A stretch of DNA of 53,545 nucleotides, taken from NCBI GenBank assembly GCA_018398765.1, contig JAHBMJ010000226.1, positions 1 to 53,545 on the forward strand, read 5' to 3'. How positions within the stretch are numbered: the stretch's first letter is position 1; the number at the start of each line of letters is the position of its first letter. The translations under genes were made by a program, and so were the position numbers. The DNA is from Chromera velia (taxonomy: Eukaryota). Below are positions 13,092-24,786 of the stretch, in pieces. The notes beneath the pieces are model-generated. The model saw only the letters and a program-made list of their open reading frames with translations, was not told the DNA's origin and did no database searches.

Positions 13092-14132
13092 TTGATTGAC
13101 CTTGCAGGCGACTCCCTCCATATGCATGCGTGTTAGATAAAACTCCCGTGAAGGGCAACGCAAATCAAGGAAGCTACCTCGAACAGGTACAACAGAATCG
13201 TACGTGTCGGGTTTTTCGGATCGCGCAGGGCCGTGGCAGTGCTTCAAACGTCTTGGACATGTAATTTAACAGTCACTCGGAGTCTGCGGCTGCATTCCGG
13301 CCTGAAATGCGCAGGCACGCCCTCGGCAGAAATTCAAAAGTCACAGAGTTATACGCCTAATGCCCTGAAACATCCTAGCGCAAGGTGTATAGACACTAGA
13401 ACAGTGTTCACTGAGGTCTCATGCTGCTGAGTCATGCATGCTAGGTCTCATGCACGTTGTGTTGCTGTAAATAGACAATTAATTCCTCATGCATTTAGTC
13501 ATAAATGGGATTGAACAAGAACTAGAATTGAATTGAATTGAGGTAGTTAAAGCCGGTCAGCACACCACTTGGGCTTTGGCCAACTGCGGGGCATAACATG
13601 CAAGTTCCGTTCATGTTTATTCACAACAAGAATTTTGACTACATTGTATATACATTCCTGTCTATTCCTGCCCGACAGCTAGCTAGGATTTTACAGGACG
13701 TAAATCAATGTAGCTTCTAGACCTAGCTTATCACAATTTTATAATGAAGTATAATGAACTTATTTAATTCTTTTTTTCCCCTTGTTGAGCTAGATTTTGG
13801 CAAAAAGATAATAAAACCAGACTTTTTGTGTGATCCAAAATGTGTAAGATCACTCTACCTTGCTATGGAAATTCATTGACTAGCCGTTACGGGAAAAACA
13901 AGTTTTCAGATAAACAAAATATCTCATACTTACTCACACTACCACACATAACCACACACAAAAAAACGTGATGGTTGGAAGTTTTATTATGCATGTTGTA
14001 TCCCCATATGAGGGGCGGATCTAGCCTACACATAAGAAAACTTATGTCTTAGTATGTCTTTAAACTTGACAGAAGTACACAAAAGCCTCATCCCGTACCA
14101 AAAAAGCAGCCCTCAGATATATATTGTTAGAG

Positions 14133-14366
14133 GGACCTCCCTGAACCTAACTACCACTTGAAAGTTCAAACCGCATTTTTGGATAAGCTTGAAAGTGCGC
14201 GCCGCAGGCGCGGATCATTTACAGTGTCTTGAAAGTCAAAGTCGCATACCTGGGCGGTCTCTTGACTAGCTACGCCGCAGGTGTGGACGGTCTCTTAAAA
14301 AACGATGCCGCAGATAGAGATCATCTTAATTATTTTTTTTCAAGTGGTATTTAGGTTCAGGAAGGT
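14133..14366. mobile_element. MITE-like non-autonomous DNA transposon (~230 bp) with ~29-bp TIRs and an 8-10 bp flanking direct repeat
   Basis: Left end acctccctgaacctaactaccacttgaaa and right end tttcaagtggtatttaggttcaggaaggt are reverse complements with 2 mismatches. ttgttagagg occurs at both 14124-14133 and 14366-14375. Confidence 0.8.
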
Positions 14367-14911
14367 TGTTAGAGGCTTCTTAAAGAAGGCAACAGGACTC
14401 CTTACAGAAGACAGGAAGGAACAGACACACTAAGATACACATACTTACAGACACCGCCCTTCAGAGGAACTCTGTGTAGCGGAATTCGCGGCAAGGTGCT
14501 ATAGGCTCACCCTAAAGTTTTCCTTTCGGTTTGGGCTACAGATACCGTGGCTCGCGGGGGCCACGGCAACTCGGGGGCCACGGCACTGCTATTAATATGA
14601 ATACCTTTCGGTCATCTTTCGGTCATGCAGGGGCGGAAGAGCGATATTTCTCTCCCTGACGACTCATAATGACTCCCTAGGTTCGATCGGCTGGAGATCT
14701 GTCCTGCATCTCTTCAGATCGCATCCTCTGCGTTGCTCTTGTTCCTTGTGCTGTGCCAACGTTGTATTTCTGAACTTTTTACAGTTGATCGAGTTGACAT
14801 CCATCGCGTCTCTTTTGAGCCGAGTGAGTTCTCTTTTTCAGTCCTCCAGACTGACAAGTCTTCAATTCGACTCTACGTCAGATTAAATTCCATCCACTGA
14901 CACCATAAAAA

Positions 14912-17387
14912 ATGGAGGAGGTCTACCGTCACCATTTCCTGAACCGTGGAGGTAGGGACGAAGAAGATCTTGAGGAGATGGAGGAAGTCTCTGAGCACCT
15001 TCCAGAGTCTTGGAGGTCTCTAGCAGACCCATCTTCTTTTTTCGAATCCCTCAACGGACTCGCAGACGACCTTGAAAAAATGGCATCTGTCTTCCGGATG
15101 AAGGCGAAGATCCTTTTTGAAATGCACAAGGCGAAAGAGATGGGGGAGAGAGAGAAAGAAGAGGGAAAACGTGAAAAGAACAAAGAGATCGAAAAAAATG
15201 AAACGGTAGAGTCGGGGGTGCACTTCGAAGCAAAAAAGTTCAACCACGTTCCCGAAAGAACTGCAGCAGAAGCAGAAGCATCAACAGGCAGATCGCCTCT
15301 TGCAGCAGCAGCAGCAGGTGATGCTTTCCCTGCAGAGAAGGACATTCGAATTCTCCGCACGATGCACGAGACGGCGTCTGCTTTTCGAAAGCAATTCCTC
15401 AGTCAGATAGACTCCGTCATCAGCGCACACGTCAAGCTAGACCTCTCCCGCCTCTGTCCCGATACTTTTGCTGTGCTGCGCTCCTTCCGCGCAGTTGGCA
15501 GTTTTCAGCTTCGGGATTCTCTCCAGACTTTGCTTGGGGAGGGGGGCGAAGAGGCAGAGGAAGGCTTCCGTCTCCTCCTGAAAGTCGGGGCGGACGTCAA
15601 CAAACCCTGTTCTTACCCTGATTGTTTTGAAGAAATTCCCCACCGTGGTACCCCTCTGCAAGCCGCAGCAGCTTGGGGTCACCTGAGGGCAGTGCAACTC
15701 CTTGTCGAGGAGGGAGATGCTGAGATTAACCTGAAGCCGAAGGGAAATGGTTACAATCAAGTACAGAGCTCCCCCCTCGCTCTCGCTGTCAAAGAACGCC
15801 ACTACCCTGTGATTGAGTATCTTCTCCAGCAGGGTGCAGACCCAAATGCCTGCAACAAAAGCAGCGGAGAGACTGCAGTGCATGCAGCATGCCACACAAG
15901 GCAGCGGGAGATGGTCCAGGTAGTGCTGCGGTATGGGGGGAACACGGGGGTGGAGGCCCAACACTGCAAGCCGCTCTGCTTGGCAGCCACGTATGGTTGC
16001 GCAGAGATTGTACGCGAATTGCTTGCTGCCGGGGCAGATCCTTCGTTCTTTCCGGAACGGAGAGCACAGAATGAGGGGTCAGCTGCCCCCCCGCTAAGAG
16101 TAGCTTCCAGTTGTCCCCACTTACCCGTTCTCAGAAACGGATTCAGGGACCTCGTCGGGCTGCGCATCCAAGCGCTGCACCGTGCTGTCTGGATGAACCA
16201 CAAAGAGGTCGTGGCTGTCCTGCTGGCAGCAAAGGGGGTGGATGTGAATGCTCGGTGTGACGCCGATCTTCATTTGCCTCACCGCAGGGAAAGAGGACAG
16301 GTAGCGAGGTTGGAGAGAGGCGTTACCCCTCTGCACCTTGCAATTGCAAGCTGGGTACAGCGAGATGAAACTAGGGAGGGGGGGGGTAGTGGCATTGCAG
16401 GTACTCTCATCGCAGGGGGGGGGGATGTGAATACGGAGGCTGGTGGGTCGGGTATTTCGGTTCTCAGTGTTGCATGCTTAGTGAATTCTGTCGATGCCGT
16501 CGAGTTGTTGATCGATGCAGGGGCAGATGTGAATGCGGCAGACAATGAGGGCAGGCGCCCTGTGCATTTTGCCGCTCAATATAGCGGCACTGAGATCATG
16601 TCTCTGGTCCTGCAGAAGGGTGCGGATGTGAGAGCGTTGGCCAATAACGGCAGGGGGGTGCTCCATTTTGCTTTTGAAGACTCGATGGTCGAGCTTCTGC
16701 TGGATGCCGGTGCCGATATGGAGGCACGGGATCATGTGAAGGGGTGTACACCTCTGTTGGAAGCTGCACAGTCGGTGGGGGGTGTAGACAGTTTCATCTC
16801 TCTGTTGGTTGACAGGGGTGCGAACGTGAATGCGGTGGATGCAGAGGGAAGTTATGCGTTGCACAGGTTGTGCTGCCAGGCTTTGGAGGAGTCTATCAAA
16901 ACTTTGCTCAACGCAGGTCGGTCAGTGCATGGGTGAGTGAGGGGGTGCATGGGTATTGGAGAGTCCGATGATGCATCAAGAGAGATGACTGCATAAGCAT
17001 GCGCGAAGATGGGGGATTTGAGAGAAAACAATTAAAGAATCTGTCTGATGTTTGGCGCTACCTCCCTGAATTCCTTTCTTGATTTCATCTGGAGGGACCC
17101 CCTCTCGATCGACGTATCTGCGTGGGTCGGCGTCTGCAACTAGCTCTTTGTTGCATGCATGGTTTTTCTAAAATAGAGGCTTTTTGGGCATGAGCGTCCC
17201 TTCCCGTCTCAATTACTGTCTAGCTGTCTCTGTCGATAGATAGTCCTGCCTAGCTCCATTCTCAAGCAGCTGTCTTTCTCGCTCGTTTCTGGATCGACTG
17301 GTTGCCTTGACAGTCAAGCGGAACTGTTCTGATTCAATCTCCCCCTCCCGCTCTTTGTTATTCTTTGTCTTTTGGACGCTTTCACGG

Positions 17388-17425
<38 letters not shown>

Positions 17426-18246
17426 TGTGCTCGTTTCCCTTTGTCCTTTGTGAGCGTGCAGGCGCGGACGCAAATGCGCCTGACAGAGACGGCTGGCGTC
17501 CTCTCCACAACTTGGCATGGAACGGGCACACGAGCATCATCAAGTGGGTCCTCGACAAGAAGGATTTGAACGTCGTCCTGTCCCCCACCTGCACAGTAAC
17601 CATGAACATATGGGATGACGGACAGACAGCGACACAGGTCACCCCCCTCCATCTGGCTGCGTATGCCGGCCACGTGCGCACTCTCCGACTGCTTGTGTCT
17701 CGGGGAGGCACGGGCCCGGGTGCGGCCTCAGGGTTTGTGGATGCCCGGACGGGGGATGGAAGGACAGCGTTGCACATCGCATCGAAGCAGGGTCAGCACG
17801 ATGCGGTCAAGTACCTGCTCTCAGTGGGAGCTTCGGTGCAAGCAGCAGATCATCGGGGGTGGACTGCGTTGCACTTTGCTCTGTCGGCAGGCAGGGGAAG
17901 GAGTGGGGGGGGGCTTCGGAGGACTTTGAGTCTGGCTCCTCGATCGACTGTCTCAGTGAGGGAGTTGTTGGAGAGGGGGGCTGACGTGCACGCTGTGTGC
18001 ACTGCGACTTTGAGCAGGGGAGGGGGGGTTGAACACGCCGGTGTGACGCCCCTGCACCTGGCTGCTGAGTATGCGATGGAGGAGAATGACTTGGCGGGTT
18101 CCCGGGCAGCGAGGGGGTTGGAGAAGTTTGTGGATATTCTCGTTCGGAAGGGGGGGCGCATGGACGCCCAGACAAGCAATGGTCTCTCTGTCGAGTCGCT
18201 GATGAAAGTTGCTCGAGCAGTACATGGAGGGGAGAGCGGAGACTAG
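14912..18246 (+). CDS. Ankyrin-repeat protein (~929 aa, about 16-17 repeats, 2 exons)
   Basis: Exon 14912-16916 (GCAG|gtcggt) joins exon 17462-18246 (tgcag|GC) in frame as ..LLNAG-ADANAPD... Repeated TPLH/ALH..A..G....V..LL..GADVN motifs follow a charged, helical N-terminal region. Confidence 0.92.
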
Positions 18247-18780
18247 GCCCGACTGATGAGAAAAGCATGCATGGCGTGCAGCCTGTACATGGGCCTCCCT
18301 GTGAACAGCTTCAGTGCAGCCGGGGTGTGCGATCGGGCATGCATGCATGCAAGCAATGCCAAGCTGAGCATGAATTATTGATCGAAATAGTCCTCACTTG
18401 AATCACTTCAATGCATAACCGAGAGGGACCTTTGGTAAGCTCAATGGTAACATTTGCTAGCTGAGTCTAAGCTGACTGTTCTTGCTTACAAAAAAACTAA
18501 AGCCAACGGATTATTAGGATTTTGAGGCAGACTTACATAAATATGGACTGCCAGGAGCTACTCGGTTAAAACTCCGACGGTTATAGTCATTCTAACTCAT
18601 TCACTCATTCATTCACTAGTTCATTCATTCATTTATAATCAATCACTGAGATTATCACTCAACCAATCACTTTTTTCATTAAAAAAATATATTCTTTCAA
18701 TTCCATAGCCTAATTTATAGGAATATAATCTAGAACATAATCCACTTGGATTGAAGTGCTAGTTGAAATGCATGATGCAT

Positions 18781-19167
18781 CTATGGGTCGGCAGCGTCGG
18801 CACTGACTCGGCAGCACGGTCAGCTCAGGTTTCTTTTTTTAAGTATCAGAACTCAGCGGCCGCAGTGTGAATAGTAACCATTTCAGTCTCTAGTTCAGTC
18901 TTTAGTATTAAATTTTCAGATCGACTACTAGTTTCTAAACTGGTTTTTAGAATATAATGTACTATTCAGAACCTATAGGTTCAGACTAGGGTTTAGAAGA
19001 GAATAAATCTGAATGAGATTCTCTCAAATATTTTTCAGCATTTTAAATTGTTCGTACTGTGAATAGTTTGCTATTCATAAATAGTATACTGTTCTAATTT
19101 CCTGTCTAGAAATAGTTTGAACACTACAATGAATAGTGTACTATTCATACTGTCAGCCGACCTATAG
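18781..19167. mobile_element. Candidate degenerate MITE with short TIRs and internal palindromic TGAATAG..CTATTCA repeats
   Basis: ctatgggtcggc at 18781 and gccgacctatag ending at 19167 form a 12-bp inverted repeat with 1 mismatch. AT-rich interior. Palindromes at 19060-19077 and 19130-19147. No convincing TSD. Confidence 0.4.
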
Positions 19168-19279
19168 TCCTAGCCTATAGTCTGATGTGGTTAACACCGG
19201 TCTGGCCAGGTCAGCTAATTAACCTTTTAAACTTTGGTATGTATATCTCCGGAATCTCTGCTAGTTTTTCCGTTTTGCT

Positions 19280-19872
19280 GGCCTATGGCAGTCCCTTGCA
19301 GCGAACAGGGGAGAATGGAAGAAGCTTATCCAAAGGGGAGTGAAAGAAGTTGAAGAGAGACAAAGAGAAGAGAAAGAGGAGAAAAGAGCGGTGAAGAAGG
19401 GTAAGAAGGAAGGAGATTTCCGCTGTGGGATAGAGGGGTGCAAGAGGTCGTTTCTTTCTGAGAGAGGCCTTCGCATCCATATGAGCAGAATCCATAGAAA
19501 GCAGCCAGCGAAGCCTCCCTGTGTCAAAAAAGAAATTACAAAGCAGGGGAGGGTTTCCGAAAAGGGAAGCCTGGTGCTGGGGTGCCATATAAAACAAATT
19601 TTGGCAAAGTATAGGTAAGGACAGGGCTGGCACTATGAAGTAGCTTAGCATGGGTGGCAGACTACCTCTCATGAATCAGCATCATTCATGCGCAAGCATG
19701 CTGCTCCGGAAGTAGAAAAGTTTGAAAAGAAGCATCCTGATTTGAATTAAGTATAAATTAAAGTGAACTGCTGGTATAAAAAACCGAACTGCCTCGATCG
19801 TGCGTTACCGCCGAACGCTAGACACCTATTTATAGGCCAATGGCGATGGCGTATGATGATGATGATGATGAT
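19280..19872 (+). mobile_element. 5'-truncated RTE-clade non-LTR retrotransposon remnant (ORF C-terminus, 3' UTR, (ATG)n tail)
   Basis: Translation LWQSLAANRGEWKKLIQRGVKEVEERQREEKEEKRAVKK..FRCGIEGCKRSFLSERGLRIHMSRIH matches the W..LA..R..W...(I/V)..G helix, charged helix and C2H2 finger that end RTE-type ORFs. Stop at 19618. (ATG)n tail at ~19853-19872. Confidence 0.75.
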
Positions 19873-20382
19873 GGCCAATCGCAAAACGTAAGACTTTTAC
19901 ATTGTGCGGCTAGTAGTGCGGCGTACCAAATAATAATTGACTAAATAATTTATATACATATACACTCAACTTTGAACTTGATAAGCAGTCTGACAAAAAC
20001 GTTTCAAAACACTAAATCATTCTAGATCATTCAACAACACTGTTACAATAGTTGAACAACTACATTCAAACTGAAAAAAAAAATAAAACCTCTTATACTA
20101 GTAGTATATAGGCACCGCTTTACATGATCTGTGAACCTCTATTGCCTAAGGAGCAACCGACCGGGGTCCAGGGAATTAAGAGTGTCAACTAGAGTGTCAA
20201 TCCTACACAGCTACTGTCCCTCACGGTTGTATACTGAAGAGGTGGCTTAGTACACTGGTTTCTGACTAAGACAATGAAGATATACGGAACCGTTTCGACG
20301 ATGCAATTAACTGATGAAATTCAGTCACCTCGATCGTTGTGTGTTTGTGTGCATGCACGACGCAAACTTTGGAGTAAATTCA

Positions 20383-23230
20383 CTACTTCTTCATTGTATG
20401 CGGACAGACTGAAACGAAAGTCCAAATAAGATCAAAGTCCTCAAATTCCATCAGGAAGGCACCGTCGTTCTTTTCAAGAGTGTACGACACGTCATTGGAG
20501 ACTTCCTGCAGAAACGCCTCGACCTCGATCTTCAACTCAGGATTCTCGTCCCACCGGGGATCGTCGTCACACCACCTGCAATCATGCACGCATCGTGGGT
20601 GCATGAGTGCGTCATGTGCATCAGACGGAGGTAGGTCTGCATGATCCATACCACACTCACCCGCTGTTCCTGCATTTTATCCGGCAAACTCCTCCAAACA
20701 CCATGCACCTCATAAGTGGATACAAATTTTTCACTTCCATCGTTTCGCTTTCCGCTCGCGTTTGAAAAGCAAGCCCCCCGATTCTGCAATTAAGCCTCTG
20801 CTCGGGATGCGCAGTCAAAATATCGATATAATTTAATAGGAATTGCACAAACCATCACGGTCAGACATCGGGGACCGTCAATGCACCGCATGCACACACC
20901 CTCCCTCCCTCCTGACAGACCTTCCCTTCCACTCTGTGGAGTCTCCCCATGGATTTCTCAACTGCACAAACTTGACGCCCTGGACCTCAAACGCAGAGAG
21001 GAGAGTGTAGGCGTGGCCTGCGACCAGGCCGTCATCTCTCTTTTCCTCTTGGCTGCAGGGAAAAGAAAATAAAAAGGAGTGACAGACAACCCAGAGAGAG
21101 AACTTCTCAGCTAGTGTCGCGGCATGATGCTTGCTCGAGAAAGCAAAAATACGAATACCAACCACCCAGACAGACAGAGACAGATACAGTGAGGGGTCAA
21201 GATCAAAGCAAAGAGAAAGTTACAGTTTTATTAAGTGAAACACAGTATCGGACAAGGCGGGGGTACAGCAACGAACTCACGTACCCAGATGCGCTGACGA
21301 TGAACGCGCCCATGAGGAAGTCCTGTGAGTCGAATCTCTTGATTTCTTCGAAGAATTCTGCGGAGCTCCTGCAATGAGCAAGAACACGTAAGAACACCAG
21401 CGAGTAGGGGGAAGCAACAAAAAAAATGCGTCACCTGTGAATTATGCGCACCACAAAGCGCACAGCTTGCGCGTATGTGTTCATGGACACGCATGCCACA
21501 CATATGCAGTTAACCTCGCCATCCCATGAAACAGGACTGAGTGAGCATGGTTGGCAACCTTGCTGACCGGAGATCTGGTGTCGGCATTCTAATCATTTGT
21601 GACTGTCCGAAGTATTCTTCCAGACTCTCGCATCGTGTCTTCAATTTTTTCTTTTCCCACTGAGACCTCCCGAGAGCATTGTGGAACACCCAGGTCTCCT
21701 CTGCCCCCGTGAAGAGAATCCAGGCCTTCCCCTGGGACCCCCCGATGATCTGGCTGTAGCTCCCTGCCAGCTTGGCGACAGCCTTCTCGAGAAGGAGACA
21801 CCAGATCTCGCACTCGTCCGAAGAAGAGCTCAAGGGCCGGCCCCTCCAACAAGGCACAAAATCGTCAATCTCTATCAGCTGCCACTGACGAGCGACCGGG
21901 TTGTACAACCGAACCTGCATGAGTGATATGAATAAATAAAGGGGGGACGAGACATACGTGTGTAGGGGACAAGAGGAATGGCAAGGCCCTGAGAGAGACT
22001 GCCCATTGCCGTGCCCTCAAGTTCACTCCAAGAAGGATCGAGGAAAGAGAAAATGAAGGCAAAACGGGAAAGTGCATGTATTGCTCAAGCAACACTGGAT
22101 AAGAACTGGATCGACAGCTCCGTGAAATTTCGTCCATCGAGAGAGCATGTCTTGGTGTCCTTCCACGTGATTGAGAGAGAGTCTAAAGGATTTGAGCGCT
22201 TCGCACGAAGGCGTTAAGAAAGTGCTGTAAACAGGCAAAGATGTCAACACCCTGCAATGACGAGAGAGCTGCCGGATGCTGCAACTAAAGGAAAAGAAAG
22301 AAGCTGTGAAGAAGTACCCTGCAGGCTGGCTGGCTGGCAGCGTGGACTGACTGACTGACTGACTTTGTACCTGCCCTCCATGGAGATTCTGGTCTGGTCT
22401 GGAAAGAGGGACTTGACGGACGAGGGGAACTCGCCTATTCCTGTAGACATGCAGACAAATTCGGTGGAAGGAAGCGGGAGGGAAACGACGGTGAGGAGGA
22501 GGAATGGAGAGCGGGGCAGGTGGAGCAGTGGGGGGACAAAGAGAATGAAGGCTGCAGAGGCGGAGGACATGAGTGAGAAAATTTACAGCGCTTTTTTTTC
22601 AAGATTGGAACAGAGAAGCTGCGATACCTTTCAAATGCAAAGGGATGAATGCGTACGCGCAGCTGATCTCGGCGACTCTGAGTGACAACCGGGGGAAAAG
22701 GCAGACAGATCGTGCAATTGGAGAGGAGACCGTGGCATGCAAGAAAGAAGAGTAAAACCAGATGAGCCGACTATGTGCAGCCAGAAAGGGAGACAGGCAG
22801 GCAGACAGAAAAAGCAAAGCGACGGACTCACTCACTGCCCCCCCCCTCCCCCCGACCCGCAATTGCGGCAATAAGCCAGCAGGTCCCTATGCTGCCCTGT
22901 TTGATGTCTGTGGGCTCGATGTCTTCCAGAAATTCCTCGGGGGGCCGCACCTGCATGTGCATGCGTGGGCAGACAATTCTCACTCTGCGTCTGGAAGTTG
23001 GTGGTTTTCTTCACGGGCTGGTCTATTCATATCTTTCCACCAGCTCAATGTTCTGCCTTTCTCTTCCAAGTGTCCTCTCTCGACAAACACGCACGTACAA
23101 TGAATGCATGCACATCCACATAGAAACTGTACATACGTAACTTATGTCTGTGCGTCTGTGTGTCTGTCTGTCTGTCTGTCCGAAAGAAAGGGAGCGTTTC
23201 GGAAAAAGTGAAGTGAAGAAAAGACGATAT

Positions 23231-23286
<56 letters not shown>

Positions 23287-24786
23287 AGTCTGTCTGTCGC
23301 TCTGTGTGTCTTTGTGCGTCTATCTGTGTGTCTGTGCGTCTATGTGTTTGTGTGTCTGTCTGACCTTCAATCTCTTCCCCAGTTCAGATGCCCTGACCCA
23401 TTCAGGGGACCTCCCCCTCATGATGGGCCAGACGTCCTCGAAGGCCCTCTCTCCGAATGAGTCGTCAGAGGGGGGGAAGTCGGGGTCTCTGAATTTCTCC
23501 ACAAACACCATCGCTGGCCTCTCAGTCTCTCTTTCTCTCTGTTTCTGTTTCTCCACGTGCTCTTTCTTTTCCTGGTCAGCAGCGACAGCGGCAGAGCTGG
23601 ATGCAGATGAGGACTCTTCCCCTCTCTTCATGCTTCCCCTCTGGGACGAGAGCCTAGAAGGGTCATCTGAGGCATTTTGAACTGAAGACCTCTTCTTCAA
23701 AAAGCCCGGTTCTCCCCTTCCCCCCTTCGCTTTGCTTTCTCCCTCCCCCCCTTCATCCCCTGAGGGTGCTCTCTCATACCCATCATGTACGTCCTCTGCC
23801 TGCCGGTCCTTTTTTTTGGCAGCCCTTTTCCGTCTCCTCTCCTCCCCCCCCCCTCCCTCCCCAGCTTCAAGTGACGACTCAAGAGATGACGATCCATCTC
23901 TGACCCCCCCCAGCCACAGGCGCATCAACTGAAGGAAAGACCCGATCGGCTCCACATCCACACAACGCTCACTGTCCTCCCAATCTTCTTCCTCTGCTTC
24001 AACATCAGAACTCCCTTCCTCGTCCGCCCCGATCCCCACGCCCCCCCGAAATGTTAAAGGAGCCGGTGGGGGGGTCCACACGAACCAGGAGAGAACCACA
24101 GGGACGCAGCACAGCACCGTGCCGGCTATCCCAAGATACCAACCAACGGAAATACTCCCCGACGCACTGGAGTCCCCGCCGGGGTGATTCTCTTCCATGT
24201 TTCTGGCGGGACCAGTGTTCAGACTCCGCAGGAAAAAAAGGGAACAGAAAGTCCAAACCAAAAGTCCCAAAAGCTGCAAAACCCCCGCGGCTATGAGTGC
24301 CATCCCCATGGGCACGTTCAGGATTTTTCTCCATTTCCGGAGCCTCAGTGTAACTTCTGTACTGCTTCTGTACATGTACACACTTGAAAGCGCAAGGAAG
24401 ACGTTCGATGGGACGGACATGCAGAGGGAGACGGCGACAAACACCAGCAACGTTGTGGAACCGTTGGCGATTGCTCGTGTCCCTCCGCATTGTTCTCTGT
24501 ACTCTTTCTCTTGAGTCTCTTGACAGAGAAAACTCACTGCCGCACTCAAGTGCCGATGGGCCGAGCTAAGAGGATAGAATGGGTCTTTGAGGGCATTTTC
24601 CCTCTGGATGTGTATGTCAGACAAACTTGTGGCCAACTTAACTTCGTGGGACTGCACGACATTTTGACCGGTACTCCAGTGAAAAGAAAAAGAGCGTTCA
24701 AACCAAAATGGCTGCAGCAGAGCGGCAAACCAGACCACGCTTCCCACCGAAGAGAGCAGAACCGTCGACAGCAAAGAAAGTTGCAT
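20383..24786 (-). CDS. Membrane-anchored calpain-like cysteine protease (~782 aa): N-terminal claudin-like 4-TM domain, acidic/charged linker, CysPc domain
   Basis: Exons 23365-24786, 22857-22950, 22364-22440, 21568-21914, 21285-21368, 20921-21052, 20383-20575 total 2349 nt in frame. CysPc motifs: FRDPDFPP, IKQGSIGTCWLIAA (Cys), IDDFVP, WCLLLEKAVAKLAGSY, GHAY (His), LRNPWG (Asn), DGAFLMEFEDF. Four hydrophobic segments lie in the first ~240 aa. Confidence 0.9.

Noticed and set aside
18430..18450. tRNA A-box-like agctcaatggta, and ggttcgatc B-box-like words at ~14680 and ~28634
   Set aside because: No paired A and B boxes at tRNA spacing and no cloverleaf.
19340..19618. Stand-alone C2H2 zinc-finger gene
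   Set aside because: No ATG start or exon structure; the upstream frame and (ATG)n tail fit an RTE retrotransposon C-terminus better.
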